Below, piece after piece: positions 25,660 to 37,924 of a DNA stretch of 64,000 bases. The DNA comes from Octopus sinensis (lineage: Eukaryota). A model generated the notes under the pieces. It was not told where the DNA came from. It worked only from the letters and a program-made list of their open reading frames with translations, and did not search any database. Position 1 is the first letter of the stretch. Each line of letters opens with the position of its first letter. Made by a program: the position numbers and the translations under genes. Location: assembly GCF_006345805.1 (NCBI RefSeq), contig NC_042998.1, positions 48,546,001-48,610,000 of the forward strand. The letters are read 5' to 3'.

Positions 25660-25690
<31 letters not shown>

Positions 25691-25852
25691 TATATAACGA
25701 GCTTCTTCCAGTTTCCGTCAACCAAATCTACTCGCTAAGATTTGGTCGGTTCCTAAGCTATAGTGGAAGGCGTTTGCCAAAGGTGTCACGCAGTGGGACT
25801 GAACCCAGAACCAAGTGGTTGAGAAGGAAGCTTCTTACCACACAGGCTCCGC
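24762..25852 (-). mobile_element. SINE family A interrupted by a CR1 fragment
   Basis: Tail half 24762-24940, head half 25655-25852. Confidence 0.85.
24941..25660 (-). mobile_element. CR1-clade LINE, 5'-truncated 3' end with an uninterrupted ORF2 C-terminus
   Basis: ORF 25023-25660: KDLGILVD, LVRPILEY, LERVQKLATRMV, SYEERL, RRRRGDLI, RGHS, FSVR, WNKLP; short 3' UTR and (CTAA)n tail at 24941-24955. Confidence 0.93.
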
Positions 25853-26428
25853 CGCAACGCACTTGAAATTTCAAAATCATGTGAAATAAATAGGCTTTTC
25901 CACTTTGTTTTCTTTATTATTTTTAATACTAGGTCACCGAATATATGTGTTACATGAGGTCTAAATTACATACACATTAAAATAATATTACGTGTAAACC
26001 AATTTTTAATTCTTGACACATTTTGGAGATAAAAATGATTAACATTGCTAATTTATTCGAAACAATTCTGGCTTTTAAAGGAGTTGCACTTTCAACAGGA
26101 GATGTCAAATAAATCTTTTACCGCATTGTTTTTTAAACATTACACTTTGTTTGAACCGATGACACACTTTTTTTCCATTTTTCACAGATTTTAGCAATGC
26201 TTGGTACTTTAGATAAAAGTTTAAGATTTTCGGTTTAACTGACTCAATCGTAACACAAGGGACGGATGCCTTTCGCCAAAGAAAAAGTGTTTTTTTTCTG
26301 CTACAAACTTGACAATTTGTTTAATTGAAGGATCTTTCTTAACTACGTTATTTTATTTTTCTCGTTCAAATAAAACATATTTTAGTACGTCCATGTAAGT
26401 CGGCAAAACTTGCTCACTAAGATCACAT

Positions 26429-26742
26429 TATTTATTTATGCGTCCTTTTCAAGCCTATCCAGGCTCATGGGCCCGGTTTCCCGGTTTCTGTGGCGTATGT
26501 GTTCCCCCCAGCTGGACGGGATGCCAGTCCATCGCAGCGTTACTCAAGAAACAGGAAGAAAGAGTGAGAGAAAGTTGGGACGAAAGAGTATAACAGGGGT
26601 CACCACCACCCCCTGCCGGAGCCCCGTGGCGCTTTAGATGTTTTCGCTCAATAAACACACACAACGCCCGGTCTGGGAATCGAAACCACGATTCTCCGAC
26701 CGCGAGTCCGCTGCCCTAACCACTAGGCCATTGCACCTCCAC
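26429..26742 (-). mobile_element. SINE family D, full length, with 12-bp TSD
   Basis: tRNA-like head (ggaggtgcaatggcctagtggttaggg; ttcgattccc); gatggactggcatcccgtcc in the 3' part; TSD ctaagatcacat at 26417-26428 and 26743-26754. Confidence 0.92.
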
Positions 26743-27309
26743 CTAAGATCACATGGAGTACCAAATATTGGGCATTCAGTATCATGACGCGTTATTGGCT
26801 TATGAGTCATCACTAAATGTAAACAACACTAAATTTAACACGATCATTAATTTTAATAATCTGGCCTAAAATCAAGGTACAAAGCAGAAAACTTCACACA
26901 CTTACGATGTACGTCCACACGCAACGACCGTTGCAGCGGCACTGGAGTTCACACCCCGTTCTCTTTACAGTCAATGCGGAACCTCAAGATATTAGTCAAT
27001 AGTATTGAAACTTGACATGCATGCATTCTACTATGTAGACATATGTGTTTGTTACGACTTATAATTCACGAAATCCAAAATTCTACCAAGAATAGCGATC
27101 TTTAAAATGTTCAGTTGCGTTGCAGAACCTGACGAAAATAGTTAACCACAAATATCTTTATAGACCTTTCTTTTAACTCCAATTCGCAACAAAATATCGA
27201 TTCTTGGTTACAAATTTCGAAAGATGCATTTTACGCTCCACCCTAATATACATACATACACAAATACATACATACACACGTACACATCTGTATGTTGCAT
27301 ATGCACGTG

Positions 27310-27718
27310 TATCTGTGTCTTTTTGTTTGACCTCCATCATCGCTTGACAAAAGGTAATGGTTTATTTACGGCCCCCGTAACCTAGCGGCTCGGCATAAGA
27401 AAACGGTATAATACCAGGCTTAAAAGTATAAGTACTGAGGTCGATTCGTTCGAGTAAAAGCCCTTCAGGGCGATGCCCCGGCATGACCGCAGTTCAGCAA
27501 GGAAATATGTAAAAGACAATATAATCCTTTCTACTCTAGGTACATGGACCGAAGTTTTGGGAGAGGGAGCCAGTCAATTAGATCGACCCTACTACGCAAC
27601 TGGTACTTAATTTATCGACCCCGAAAGGATACGCCAACCTCAGCGGAATTTGAACTCAGAACGTAAAAACAGAAAATACCGCTAAACATTTCGCTGACGT
27701 TTCTGCCAGCTCACCGAC
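27310..27718. mobile_element. SINE A tail half (+, 27310-27516) tail-to-tail with SINE B (-, 27525-27718)
   Basis: gcatgaccgcagt...gtaaaaga; then atcgaccccgaaaggat, ggaatttgaactcagaacg, ttctgccagctcacc. Confidence 0.82.
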
Positions 27719-27989
27719 TTGTAAAAGACAACATAATATGATATAGAGGTACTCACCATCTCCGTGCATGTATAGGAGTTTTATTTTTTGGCACTTAAAA
27801 AGTTTGTTTTTGTCGCGTATACTGAAGTACTCAGGTGTTTTATATCTACATTGAGGTACCATTGTGGGCTAAATGTATCCTATTTATGCTAAATTACCCT
27901 ATACTGGAGAGCAAATTTAAGAATGGAGTATTTTTCAGTATTTTTCGTTTGTCGTTCCCAATATGTCAAAATTAATGTTATCAATATAT

Positions 27990-28150
27990 ATAGGGAGAGT
28001 TTACGAAAAAAAACAAAAGACGAAGACAGGTGGTGCACAAAACAAACAGATGTATTAGTATAACGCTCAGGAGTAGAAAAAGTCTTTTACATTTCGAGCC
28101 TACGCTCTTCTACAGAAAGGGACGCAGAAAAAAGGAGACAAAAAAAAATG
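27990..28150 (-). mobile_element. PLE terminal-repeat fragment (same family as 15990-16138) abutting (TA)n
   Basis: Reverse complement of gaagagcgtaggctcgaaa...cctgagcg...ctaataca...cacctg(t/c)cttcgtcttttg. Confidence 0.85.
28082..28120 (-). ncRNA. minimal hammerhead-ribozyme-like motif, A6U core variant
   Basis: CCUUU-CUGUAGA-A-GAGC(GUAG)GCUC-GAAAU-GUA-AAAGAC; GUA cleavage triplet retained. Confidence 0.65.
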
Positions 28151-28200
28151 TGTGTAGAGGCTAATGATCTATCATGGTGATTGTCAATATATCAATATAT

Positions 28201-28258
<58 letters not shown>

Positions 28259-28291
28259 TATATAAGCGAAAAAAGAAGCAACAAAAAATTG

Positions 28292-28323
<32 letters not shown>

Positions 28324-28898
28324 ATATTCTGTTACCATTGTTAAGAATAACTTTAATTTCGACGTTAATTTACACATTCATTTTTAATATGTTCTGGCAG
28401 ATTCGAACGCAGATATGCTAGTCGCTTTTTGGGCGACAATGTGTTCATAACACACTCACTTCATTGGCACAAGCAATTCTGGGACACCGCTGCTTTGACA
28501 TGCATCTCGTCAGCTTTTAACACCCCCACACTTTTGAGTCTGACTTTCTTTCAAAATTTCAACGGATAAACCATTTGCTGATCAGTATTGAGATCTACCA
28601 ACCGATAAGGAAATAAATCGTTATTTTCAGTGTACAGCGAGATCTGAAAGAGTGATTTGCGTATTGATTCTTAGTTTGACCCAACAACTTCGAACACAAA
28701 TATACTGGTCGCTGTTTTGTACGTTACAGAACAGCTTCTCCCTTTTATGGCGATAATCACTTCAGAATACACTCGGCTCATTGTAGGGCAACAAATAGGA
28801 AATTCTGTAGTGCAGACCAAAAGACACTTTTCAGGGATGAATTTCCGGCATAGAAGGCGATTCTATTGTAGACTGAGTGCACACCTTATCAATAACTA

Positions 28899-29553
28899 TC
28901 CTTTCTACTAAAGGCACAAGGCCTGAAATTTTGAAGGAGATTACATCGACTCCAATGCGTAACTGGTATTTATTTCATCGACCCCGAAAGGATGCAAAGC
29001 AAAGTCGACCTCAATGGAATTTGAACTCAGAATATAAATACGTACGAAACGCTGCTAAGCATTTTGTCCGGCGTGTTAACGATTCAACCAGCTCATCGCC
29101 TTATTTATAATCATTAGTTTCAAATTTTGGCACAAGGCCAGCATTTTCAAGGGAGTGGGTAACTCGATTACATCGACCCCAATTTTCAACTAGTATTTAT
29201 TTTATCGACCTCAAAAGGATGAAAGGCAAAGTTGACCCCAGGGGAATTTGAACTCCGAACGCAAACGCGGACGAAATGCCGCTAAGCATGTTATCCGGCG
29301 TGCTAACGATTCTGCCAGCTCGTCACCTTATCTATAATCAATCCTACTCGAGGCACAAGGGCTGAAATTTTCGGAGAGGGGACTAGTCGATTACATCGAA
29401 CACAATATTTCACTGGTACTTAATTTATCGACTTCAAAACGATGAAAGGCAAGTCCACCTCAGCAGCATTTGAACTCAGAACGTAGCGACGGGCGAAATG
29501 TCGCAAAGCATTTCGTTCAGAGTACCAACGATTCTGCCAGCTCACTGCTTTCG
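28899..29553 (-). mobile_element. three consecutive SINE-B copies (28899-29102, 29114-29329, 29341-29557)
   Basis: Each has the core atcgacc..aaaggatg..aggcaaagt, ggaatttgaactc and its own head; tails are of two subtypes. Confidence 0.9.
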
Positions 29554-30009
29554 CCTTATCTATAATTATGCAAACAGTTTTCGTAACCAGACCACTTATA
29601 AAAGTCTTTCTACATCCAGACTAGAAATAATTCCACATTTATCAGTTTCCGATAAAATTTCTAGAACTTCATCCAAGGACCGTATACAGAATCTCTCTGG
29701 TGAATATTTCTTTACGGTATTATTTAGCTATTTAACAATTCTGGCAGTAGATGTATTGATTGGAAAGATTATAGGTCGGAAAAGATTATTTTGTTTGGGA
29801 GTCTTTATGGTGCCATAAAGGTTATGCATGAGTTAACTTTCCTCATATTTATTGAAAAAGAAACTAGATTCTGCTACAACGTTTGCTGCGGTAATTAATT
29901 TAAGTTTAATTTTGAATTTGTAGCGTTGCTTTTTACAACTTTGACGGATTTGTTGATAGTATATTGCCTATGTACTAACATATATTGAAAATATTTATAA
30001 TGTTTTCGA

Positions 30010-30158
30010 CTGTTATACACACGCACACACACACACACACACACACACGCATATGTATGTATGTATATATATATATATATGTAAATGTTTATATTTTTAT
30101 ATAAATATGTTCTTATACACTGTGTGTGCGTGTATGCATATATGTGTATGCATGTATA

Positions 30159-30220
<62 letters not shown>

Positions 30221-30389
30221 TATATATGTATGTAAATACATATATATATATAACGTGAAATTAAATCAATGAAAATATACTACATTAATATATATATATA
30301 TACTCTATGTGTGTATATACATATATGCATATATACATATATATACACACACACTATATGTATATATACATATAAACATATATATATAC

Positions 30390-30449
<60 letters not shown>

Positions 30450-30450
30450 C
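30010..30450. repeat. compound (CA)/(TA) microsatellite field
   Basis: direct reading. Confidence 0.95.
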
Positions 30451-30877
30451 ACTGGACGTTGTACTTCGTTTCCGGCTTGCACAAGCGTATAAATGTCTAC
30501 ATACATTTGTCGCCGTCTTCAGCAGACACAAAGAGAAAGGTGTTAGAACATACTTGTATGATATACTCAAGTAGGTTTTTGCAAACAGGAACCGAAGCAT
30601 GTCCTATATAGCCAAAAAGCCGTGAATTTCGAATAGCTGTCTTTTTATTTTCTTCATTTTATTTGTTGTTTCGTGTAAAACACTACATCAAAGAGTTCCA
30701 CTATTTAACATTGAAAATTAGTCAGAGAGCTATTACGATAATAATAGAAATATTCTTTAAATACAGTAAAAATATTCACTTCAAGAGGTCTATGGACTTG
30801 AACATAACATAGAATGAAGAAAAAATTATATATGATATACAGAAGTAGGAATGTCTGTCTATCTATCATTTATTATA

Positions 30878-31216
30878 TTGGGTCATCCCATAAATAATGC
30901 GGGTTTTTTTTCAAATGCATGAACTAAAATAAATGTTGGTGGGGTTGGGATAAACCATCTGAATCAAATTGCTATACAATCAGGTACTCTCTCTTTACTC
31001 TTTTACTTGTTTCAGTCATTTGACTGCGGCCATGCTGGAACACCGCCTTTAATCGAGCAACTCGACCCTGGGACTTATTCTTTGTAAGCCCAGTACTTAT
31101 TCTATCGGTCTCTTTTGCCGAACCGCTAAGTAACGGGGACATAAACACACCAGCATCGGTTGTCAAGCAATGCTAGGGGGACAAATACAGACACACACAC
31201 ATACACGCACACACAC

Positions 31217-31294
<78 letters not shown>

Positions 31295-32289
31295 GACGGG
31301 CTTCTTTCAGTTTCCGTCTACCAAATCCACTCACAAGGCTTTGGTCGGCCCGAGGCTATAGTAGAAGACACATGCCCAAGGTGCCACGCAGTGGGACGGA
31401 ACCCGGAACCATGTGGTTGGTAAGCAAGCTACTTACCACACAGCCACTCCTGCGATAGTAATTTTACTTTGTCCTTATTCTTAGTTTTGAAGAGTGCAGT
31501 TCGATTTTAGCAGTTATTTTTTTCAAAGTTATAATGAAAGTGACAAAGAAGCGTATTTGGCATAATTTGTTTTATGAGGCAACAACTCAACGGCATAATT
31601 TGCTTTATGAGACAACTCAACGGAAAGTGTGTGGAATATTAATGAGGAATATGGGAATCGGACAATAAGCGTAAGCCAGTGTCAACGATGCGTCCAGAAA
31701 TTCCGAATCGGAAACTACAGCCTAGAAGACGAGCCCCGTCCTGGAAGATCTGTAGAGCTTGACGAGGACGTCCTTCAAACACTGGTGGAGCAAAATCCCA
31801 TCGTAATAGTTGAGAAATGAACAGAACAGCTTAGATTTGGTCATTCAACAATTCATCGACACTTGCACTAGCAGAAAAACGACCACCTTCAGTTTCAAGA
31901 CGAAAGGTATTCTTCCATCAGGATAATGCTCGGCCACATACAGCGAGGATGATATTCCAAAGGCTGGAGCAGTTTGAGTGGGAAACGACGCTTCACCCAC
32001 CATATTCACCGGACATTTCCCCATCTGATTATCATTCATTTCGCAGTCTTCAAAATCGTTTGAACGAAAAAAAAATGAATTCTGTTGACTAGGTCAGAAC
32101 AGTACTGGAGGAATATTTTTCGTCACGGATAATTGAATTTTGGAAGAGAGACCTTGCAAGTTTCCCGATAGATGAAAGAGCATTGTAGAAAATGAAGGAG
32201 AGTATATTTTAGATTAAAAATGAACTACGTTCATCTTAATTTTCAAAAATGAAAGTATAAAAAACCGCATTATTTATGGGATGACCCAA
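30878..32289 (+). mobile_element. mariner (Hsmar1/Mos1-like TIR), internally deleted, with a SINE-A insertion
   Basis: TIR ttgggtcatcccataaataatgcgg at 30878 and its inverse ending 32289; transposase remnants SLEDEPRPGRSVELD, HQDNARPH, HPPYSPDISPSDY, W/KSIVENEGEYILD. Confidence 0.92.
30985..31454 (-). mobile_element. SINE family A, young, full length, inside the mariner
   Basis: Near-identical to 6514-6906; long internal (TA)n at 31215-31293. Confidence 0.93.
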
Positions 32290-32329
32290 AATATTATATA
32301 TATATATATATAGATATATATGTATCATA

Positions 32330-33576
32330 CATCGCATCCGTCATCTATTACCGCTTGACTGTCGTCCCTTGCCTTGTTTGCTGGTTGACCAACCTGGTAC
32401 GCTCACTTTTCCACTTTCTGTAGAAGGGGTGCGTTCCACTGGTCAGGCGCTCCATCTGCTGTCAACAGCCGCTGAATGGAGGGCTGGATATGCCGTGGTT
32501 GCTGATGCGCAGACATGCGCTGAGGTTGCGGCATCTCCAGCGTTTCCTTGAACGGTGAGCAGGTGTGGTCACCGTTTGTAAGACACGCCTTTCCACAGCT
32601 CGTCTCTTTGACTGAGTTGCAATCTTGGATTAGGCGTAGACCGAGGAGGGGCGCTTGGTACCTCGAGTGCCGTCAAGTGCTCACAGCCCTCCGCCAGGCG
32701 GGCAATGCAGTCGCTGGTAGTTCTACTCTAGCGTTATATAGAGGGCTAGTGGAGGAAAAGTGCGACGACTTCCTTGGAGAAACTCTGGGCGTCGATGAAG
32801 ATCAACTAACCGGTCAGTTTCAGAGAACTTTCGGGCCTGGGCCTATGGACAACTTCCAAAAATCCCTTGCTTGGCAGTGCTACCGAAGGGCGCTGTCTGT
32901 TGATGATAAACTTTCCAGGCACGGAAGTGCCGTCAGACGGTGCGCCCAGAACGATGAAACCGTTCTGCACGCCCTAGTCCAGTGCCCGAGTATTGCTGAC
33001 CTGTGGGTTTAGGTCGAGCACCTGCTGTCACGTATAGGACGAATTCGGCTATCATCTGAATCCACTGTGAAGATTTCCCCGCCGCCCTCTTTTGGCCAGG
33101 AAGGGAAGGCAGTTTTTATGTCTAGTGGCTGTAGCGAAAGAGATAGTATGGTGGACCCATTTGAAAAGGCTAAAGACAGACACTTTCCTCTTTGGTCAAG
33201 CCCTCATCACCTTTTTCAAGTTTCACTTGAATAGGAAGTTGGGGATAGAGAGGGAAGTATTGTCTTGTAACAAGTCTGTTGAAAGGTGGGTAAATGTTGG
33301 AAGAATGGCCAGTGTGAAAGGATCAATTCTGAGCGCGCACCTGTAAACAAAAGAAGGGCTCTTGCCCTGTTGCTCAGGCACCCGTGACTTTTGTGGGTTT
33401 TTCACGAGGTCCTTAATGCGCCTCCTCTATTGGGAGTTTTAAAATTGCTTAATTTTTAATCGTTATATATACTGTTTACACGTTGTAAAATCCATTGTAT
33501 CGTCCCATTTTTGACTTTTATGTTGTTGCATGTCTCTTAATGTAATTTTTTGTAAGCCCTTGTGGCCAATAAACGA

Positions 33577-33620
<44 letters not shown>
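32330..33620 (+). mobile_element. Tx1/L1-clade LINE 3' fragment
   Basis: ORF2 C-terminus with FQKSLAWQCYR and CCHC-type RRC..NDETVLHALVQCP; 3' UTR with aataaa at 33568 and a (TAA)n tail. Confidence 0.85.
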
Positions 33621-33995
33621 GCTAGTGCATGATAATTTAGTCAGCAGGGACTTTATCAGGTGTGGTGACAATAAGTCTTTTCAAATCTCAAGAATATTCC
33701 TTAGAATTCTTGGAGAATATGAAATAGTACTTTTCTGTAGGTCGACAATGCGAGTTTCAGTTATAGTCTTTTTCAATCTTTTAGCTAACATTCTGGGTGT
33801 TGTGTCAAGTGCACCAATTAATACAGGAGCAATTGTTGTTTTAATCTGCCACAATCTCTTCATCTCTCTGGCTAGCTCCTGTTATTTCTCAATTATTTCA
33901 ATTTCTTTAATATCCGCGTTCTGTTATCATAGGGAATGGCAAAAATTTATGATCTTACAGTTTGTTTATTTCGTCCTTTATAATCATATCTGGCT
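33621..33995 (-). mobile_element. R4/Dong-like (restriction-like endonuclease) LINE 3' fragment
   Basis: Frameshifted (R)PDMIIKD..FAIPYD (PD-(D/E)xK-type) followed by MKRLWQIKTTIAPVLIGAL...RILRNILEI. Confidence 0.8.
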
Positions 33996-34004
33996 GTTAT
34001 TATT

Positions 34005-34020
34005 GTTGTTGACATTATTA

Positions 34021-34083
<63 letters not shown>

Positions 34084-34113
34084 TATTATTATTATTATTA
34101 TTATTATCATTAT

Positions 34114-34148
<35 letters not shown>

Positions 34149-34150
34149 TT
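34005..34150. repeat. (TTA)n-(CTA)n trinucleotide tract
   Basis: direct reading. Confidence 0.95.
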
Positions 34151-34779
34151 GGCTTTTACTTTTGCTTTCATCAGACATGTTTTGCTCGCTCTCGGCATTT
34201 TTAGTAATTTACTATGTCTCCTTTGATAGCACGAGTTCCTTTTTGAAGTATTTACAAACAGAAACTCCAGGGTAGACGAGAATATTTGTTTTTTAAAACA
34301 TAAATATTTCTTCCGCAGCTTGTTGACATTCATGTATCAAGATGGCGTCGACAACAAAAACAACAACAACAACAAGCTGGAACGCCTCTAAAACTAATAA
34401 TGAACTGAACACGATTTCTCAAAAATGAAAAGAAAGAAAATATGAAAATGAACATTCAGAAATGTACTAATGCACACATTTCAATGAATAAGATAAAAAA
34501 ATTAATTATTCTATAGAGACAATTAAAACTGACAACCAGAATGTGGACGACAGTATTAATAAAAACAACAACAATTTTTGCACATACACACACATCTTAG
34601 TCTGCTGAAAAATATTCACAAAAGTGTTTCTAGAAGCGATGGTTTTACTTCTGTTACTAGATTGGTAGAGGAAGAAAAAATAGATTTAATTGAATTTACA
34701 CAGACACAATCAATTTAGTAGAATTATGTGGAACTACAGCTACTCTCATCCGATGAATATATTCAAGATTTATCCAGGA

Positions 34780-34960
34780 AGAAGGTTATATAGTTATGCC
34801 TATTGAAGAATGGTGGGAGCTCCAAGTTATTCCCAAAATAGCAGTTGAAACGGGCGTTATGTGCGGATGCAATGCTAGCCTTCTAATGACACCAAACCTG
34901 CAAGACAGTATTTTGAAACGAGGAAACGGCTAACAGAAACCTTAAATTATGGAGCCCACA
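34780..34960 (+). mobile_element. possible decayed RTE-type RT fragment
   Basis: IAVETGVMCGCNASLL resembles the V.TGVRQGC.LSPLL RT motif; single motif only. Confidence 0.3.
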
Positions 34961-36509
34961 CCTGCCTTTTTTCTAGTAAATCAATATTTGGGCCATAGAA
35001 ACAAAAATGTGATGACGAGAGGCATCGGTTAAAACATTGAATTCAGTTTCTTGTTATGTTTGATTGTACGTTTGTTTGTTCGAAGTTGAGCTGTGGCTAG
35101 CCTTTTATCTAAATTAACCACTTTCCATCAGAGACTTTTTCTCCCCACTTTGTGAGTAAGTAATCAGTGCAGAAGCGACGAGATGAAGGCGGAGTCAGAA
35201 CAGAATTAGAAGTGCTAACGATTCTTGAAAAACACAGAAACATATCAGAGCAGAGCACTGTTGTGAGTACAGAAATTAATGGCAAGACACCGAGTGTATA
35301 AAACTAACGTTGTTATAGTTGTGATTGCTAGAGCCAAATAAGGGCCTTTTACTCCAGAAAGATGGAGAAGACAAAAGAAGGCGGTGAAGTGTAGCAGACC
35401 CTACACTCTAGAACATTATTCACTAGAGTTCCAGATACGACAGGGGTCACCTAATACCAGGTCCCAAAATCTGGCTGTTAAACACCCCTTAACTCTACAA
35501 TAACTACTTGTGGTAGAGGAGAGGAATGAAAGACGTAATCGATAACGGTACAACGACAATGTCCCGAAGGCAATTGCTCCAGCAGTACCACGATCGCATT
35601 ACCGATTGAAGCTCGTTCTCAATTTCGGAAAACTTTGAGTGAGGGTACTCTCTTCCTTCTATCAAAAACACTACAGCAACGTCCCGCGATAATAGGAGCG
35701 TATCAGAAGCCTGAGAAGAGAGAGGAAATTGTTGGAATGAATAAAGTGGGGAGAAAAAGTATCAGACGAAGAGTAATTAATTCAGGCAAAAGGCTGGCCA
35801 GAGCTCAGCTCGAAACAATCAAACATACCATCAAATATTTTACAACAGTGAATATCTGCTCTTTTCAGACGTATGTAGAATAACATCAATTAATGTCTTC
35901 TTTCCGTGTTGACGATTCCAGCTCCTAGTCTGATGTTAATTAGTTGCTACTTCTAGCGGCCATGAAGAAAGTTCTTCGTTGGTTCCGTAATATTCAAACA
36001 AGTCATTCCCTTGAAGACTGAAGCGGAGAAAGGCTCCATATCAACGAAGGTCGAGCTGAACAATCATTCATATAAAACTATCAACAGCTTGTTTAAGAAG
36101 ACATCAGATCCGTTGAGGTACAAGCAAAAGAGCATTTAAGTTATACTCAGCAGTTACGTAAATAATAGCATCAATTTAAAAATTGTAACAATGTTATCAA
36201 CAGCTTTACCATTATTTCCTCTATTTACCGTATTACTAAATCAATTGTAACTCTCTTAACAATCTCAATTTTGGAATCCAACAAATGCCCTCTGTTACTT
36301 TGTGTATTGTTAATGTAAGCGTATTTGAATGTTTGTTTTTCTGATAAGCTATTCTTTGTTTGTTAGGAGAGAAATTTAGGTACAGTAGTTTTTAGTATGG
36401 ATGCGTTGATTGCTCGTATACTGTGGAAGCATTTTTAAGTTCATAACAGCCGTTTGGCAATACTGACAACGCTTACATTCATATTCACGAGTCATGTTCT
36501 TTCAGCTTT

Positions 36510-36746
36510 TATCTTTTACTTGATTCAGTCCTTGAACTGTAGCCATGCCGAAGCACCACCTTGAAGGATTTAGTCGAACAACTCAACTCTAATACATGCT
36601 TTAATGTCTGGTACTTATTCAATCAGTGACTTTTGCCGAACCGCTACGGACGTGGACGTAAATAAACCAAGCGATGGTGGTAGCCAAACACAAACGCACA
36701 ACCACTCATACTCACTTATGCATACATACATGTACATACATACATG

Positions 36747-36795
<49 letters not shown>

Positions 36796-36955
36796 ACAAC
36801 GGACTCCCACGCAGTTTTCATCTACCAAAATCACTCAAGAGGCATTGATCGGCTCGGGTTTATTGCAGAAGGGAAGATAATTAAGGTACCATGCAGTGGG
36901 AATGAACACGAAACCACGAAGCTGCAAAGCGATCTTCTTTACCACACAGCCATGT
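36510..36955 (-). mobile_element. SINE family A, diverged
   Basis: cttttacttgattcagtc, gtacttattc, gccgaaccgcta, tctaccaaaatcactca, cttctttaccacacagccatg. Confidence 0.82.
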
Positions 36956-37239
36956 CTGCTTTGTTATTTTTGGACATCGTCCCTGAGTTCTCATTTGTAA
37001 TGTCCTACCTAAAAAAGACAAAGAGCTGTCTGTTGTGATTGACTGCATGTGCTTCAGAAAAAAATTGTTCAATGAAATATGCGAATTATTCAAATGGGAT
37101 TGATGTTAAATATGTTTAATCCACTGTTTCTGAAGCATGTCTTATCACATATTTATCAATGAAGCCGTATACTTAGAACAAATGAAAACCGAAACTGTAC
37201 TCGCGGCATTTGCAATGTTGTCAGATGTTCACAGTTGTC

Positions 37240-37440
37240 TCTCTTAGCTCTTAGTTGTTCCACTGCTATCAGCAGAACGTGTGCAATGTACCTTTTCTTG
37301 ACAACTTGATTGCTTTCCTTCCTTCTGGCTCCACTCGGGCCAACTCCCAACGCTATCATGTCCTGTTTTTTTTTGGTCTTCCTCTCGATCTCTTTCTACC
37401 TATCCACGTCCAAAGTAGGTGGTACGATAATCCTTTTATT
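37240..37440 (-). mobile_element. possible RTE-clade LINE 3' remnant
   Basis: WIGRKRSRGRPKK resembles the W.P.GKR.RGRP motif at the RTE ORF end. Confidence 0.45.
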
Positions 37441-37924
37441 CTAGAAAGCAGTGAATCTCTGAGTGTGGCCTGTGACATTCACACGTATCAAAATGAAAAA
37501 AGCCAGAGAAAGCTTCCTACAGAGCGAATTACTGCATTGTGGGAAATCCATGAAAACCAAATCCTTTTGAATAACAAATCAAGTGAAAAACTTTTGGGGG
37601 AAATAAGTGATTTTATTGCATTATTATGGGAATTTTTAAATTAGCAAAGCAAAACGTTTCAATTTAAATATTTATCAAAGTCTATGAACTTTTGTTTAAA
37701 TTTTGAACTTTATAATTATAATTTTTCACATATGCTATCAAAGGTGGGTTACATAATTTCAGTTGATGATCCTTTGAACCTGCTGGCCCGGAATTTCACT
37801 GCTGTCAAGGTCTAACAATATCCCACTACACCATCAGCAATCAGCCATCGATTCCCATCGATTTCCATCGTTATTTTTGCTTGAGTTCTCCCGGAAGATA
37901 TTGTAATTTTCATCAAATTTGGTT

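Noticed and set aside
27757-27868. Possible minus-strand 112-nt open exon (PTMVPQCRYK...MHGD) with a GTGAGT donor; other strong minus donors at ~3914, 18648 and 26900
   Set aside because: Weak acceptors or stops in all frames, no homology recognised, and such donor hexamers are expected by chance in 64 kb.
34338-34350. caagatggcg, a YY1-like / start-proximal motif
   Set aside because: Isolated 10-mer next to (CAA)n, with no CpG island or ORF following.
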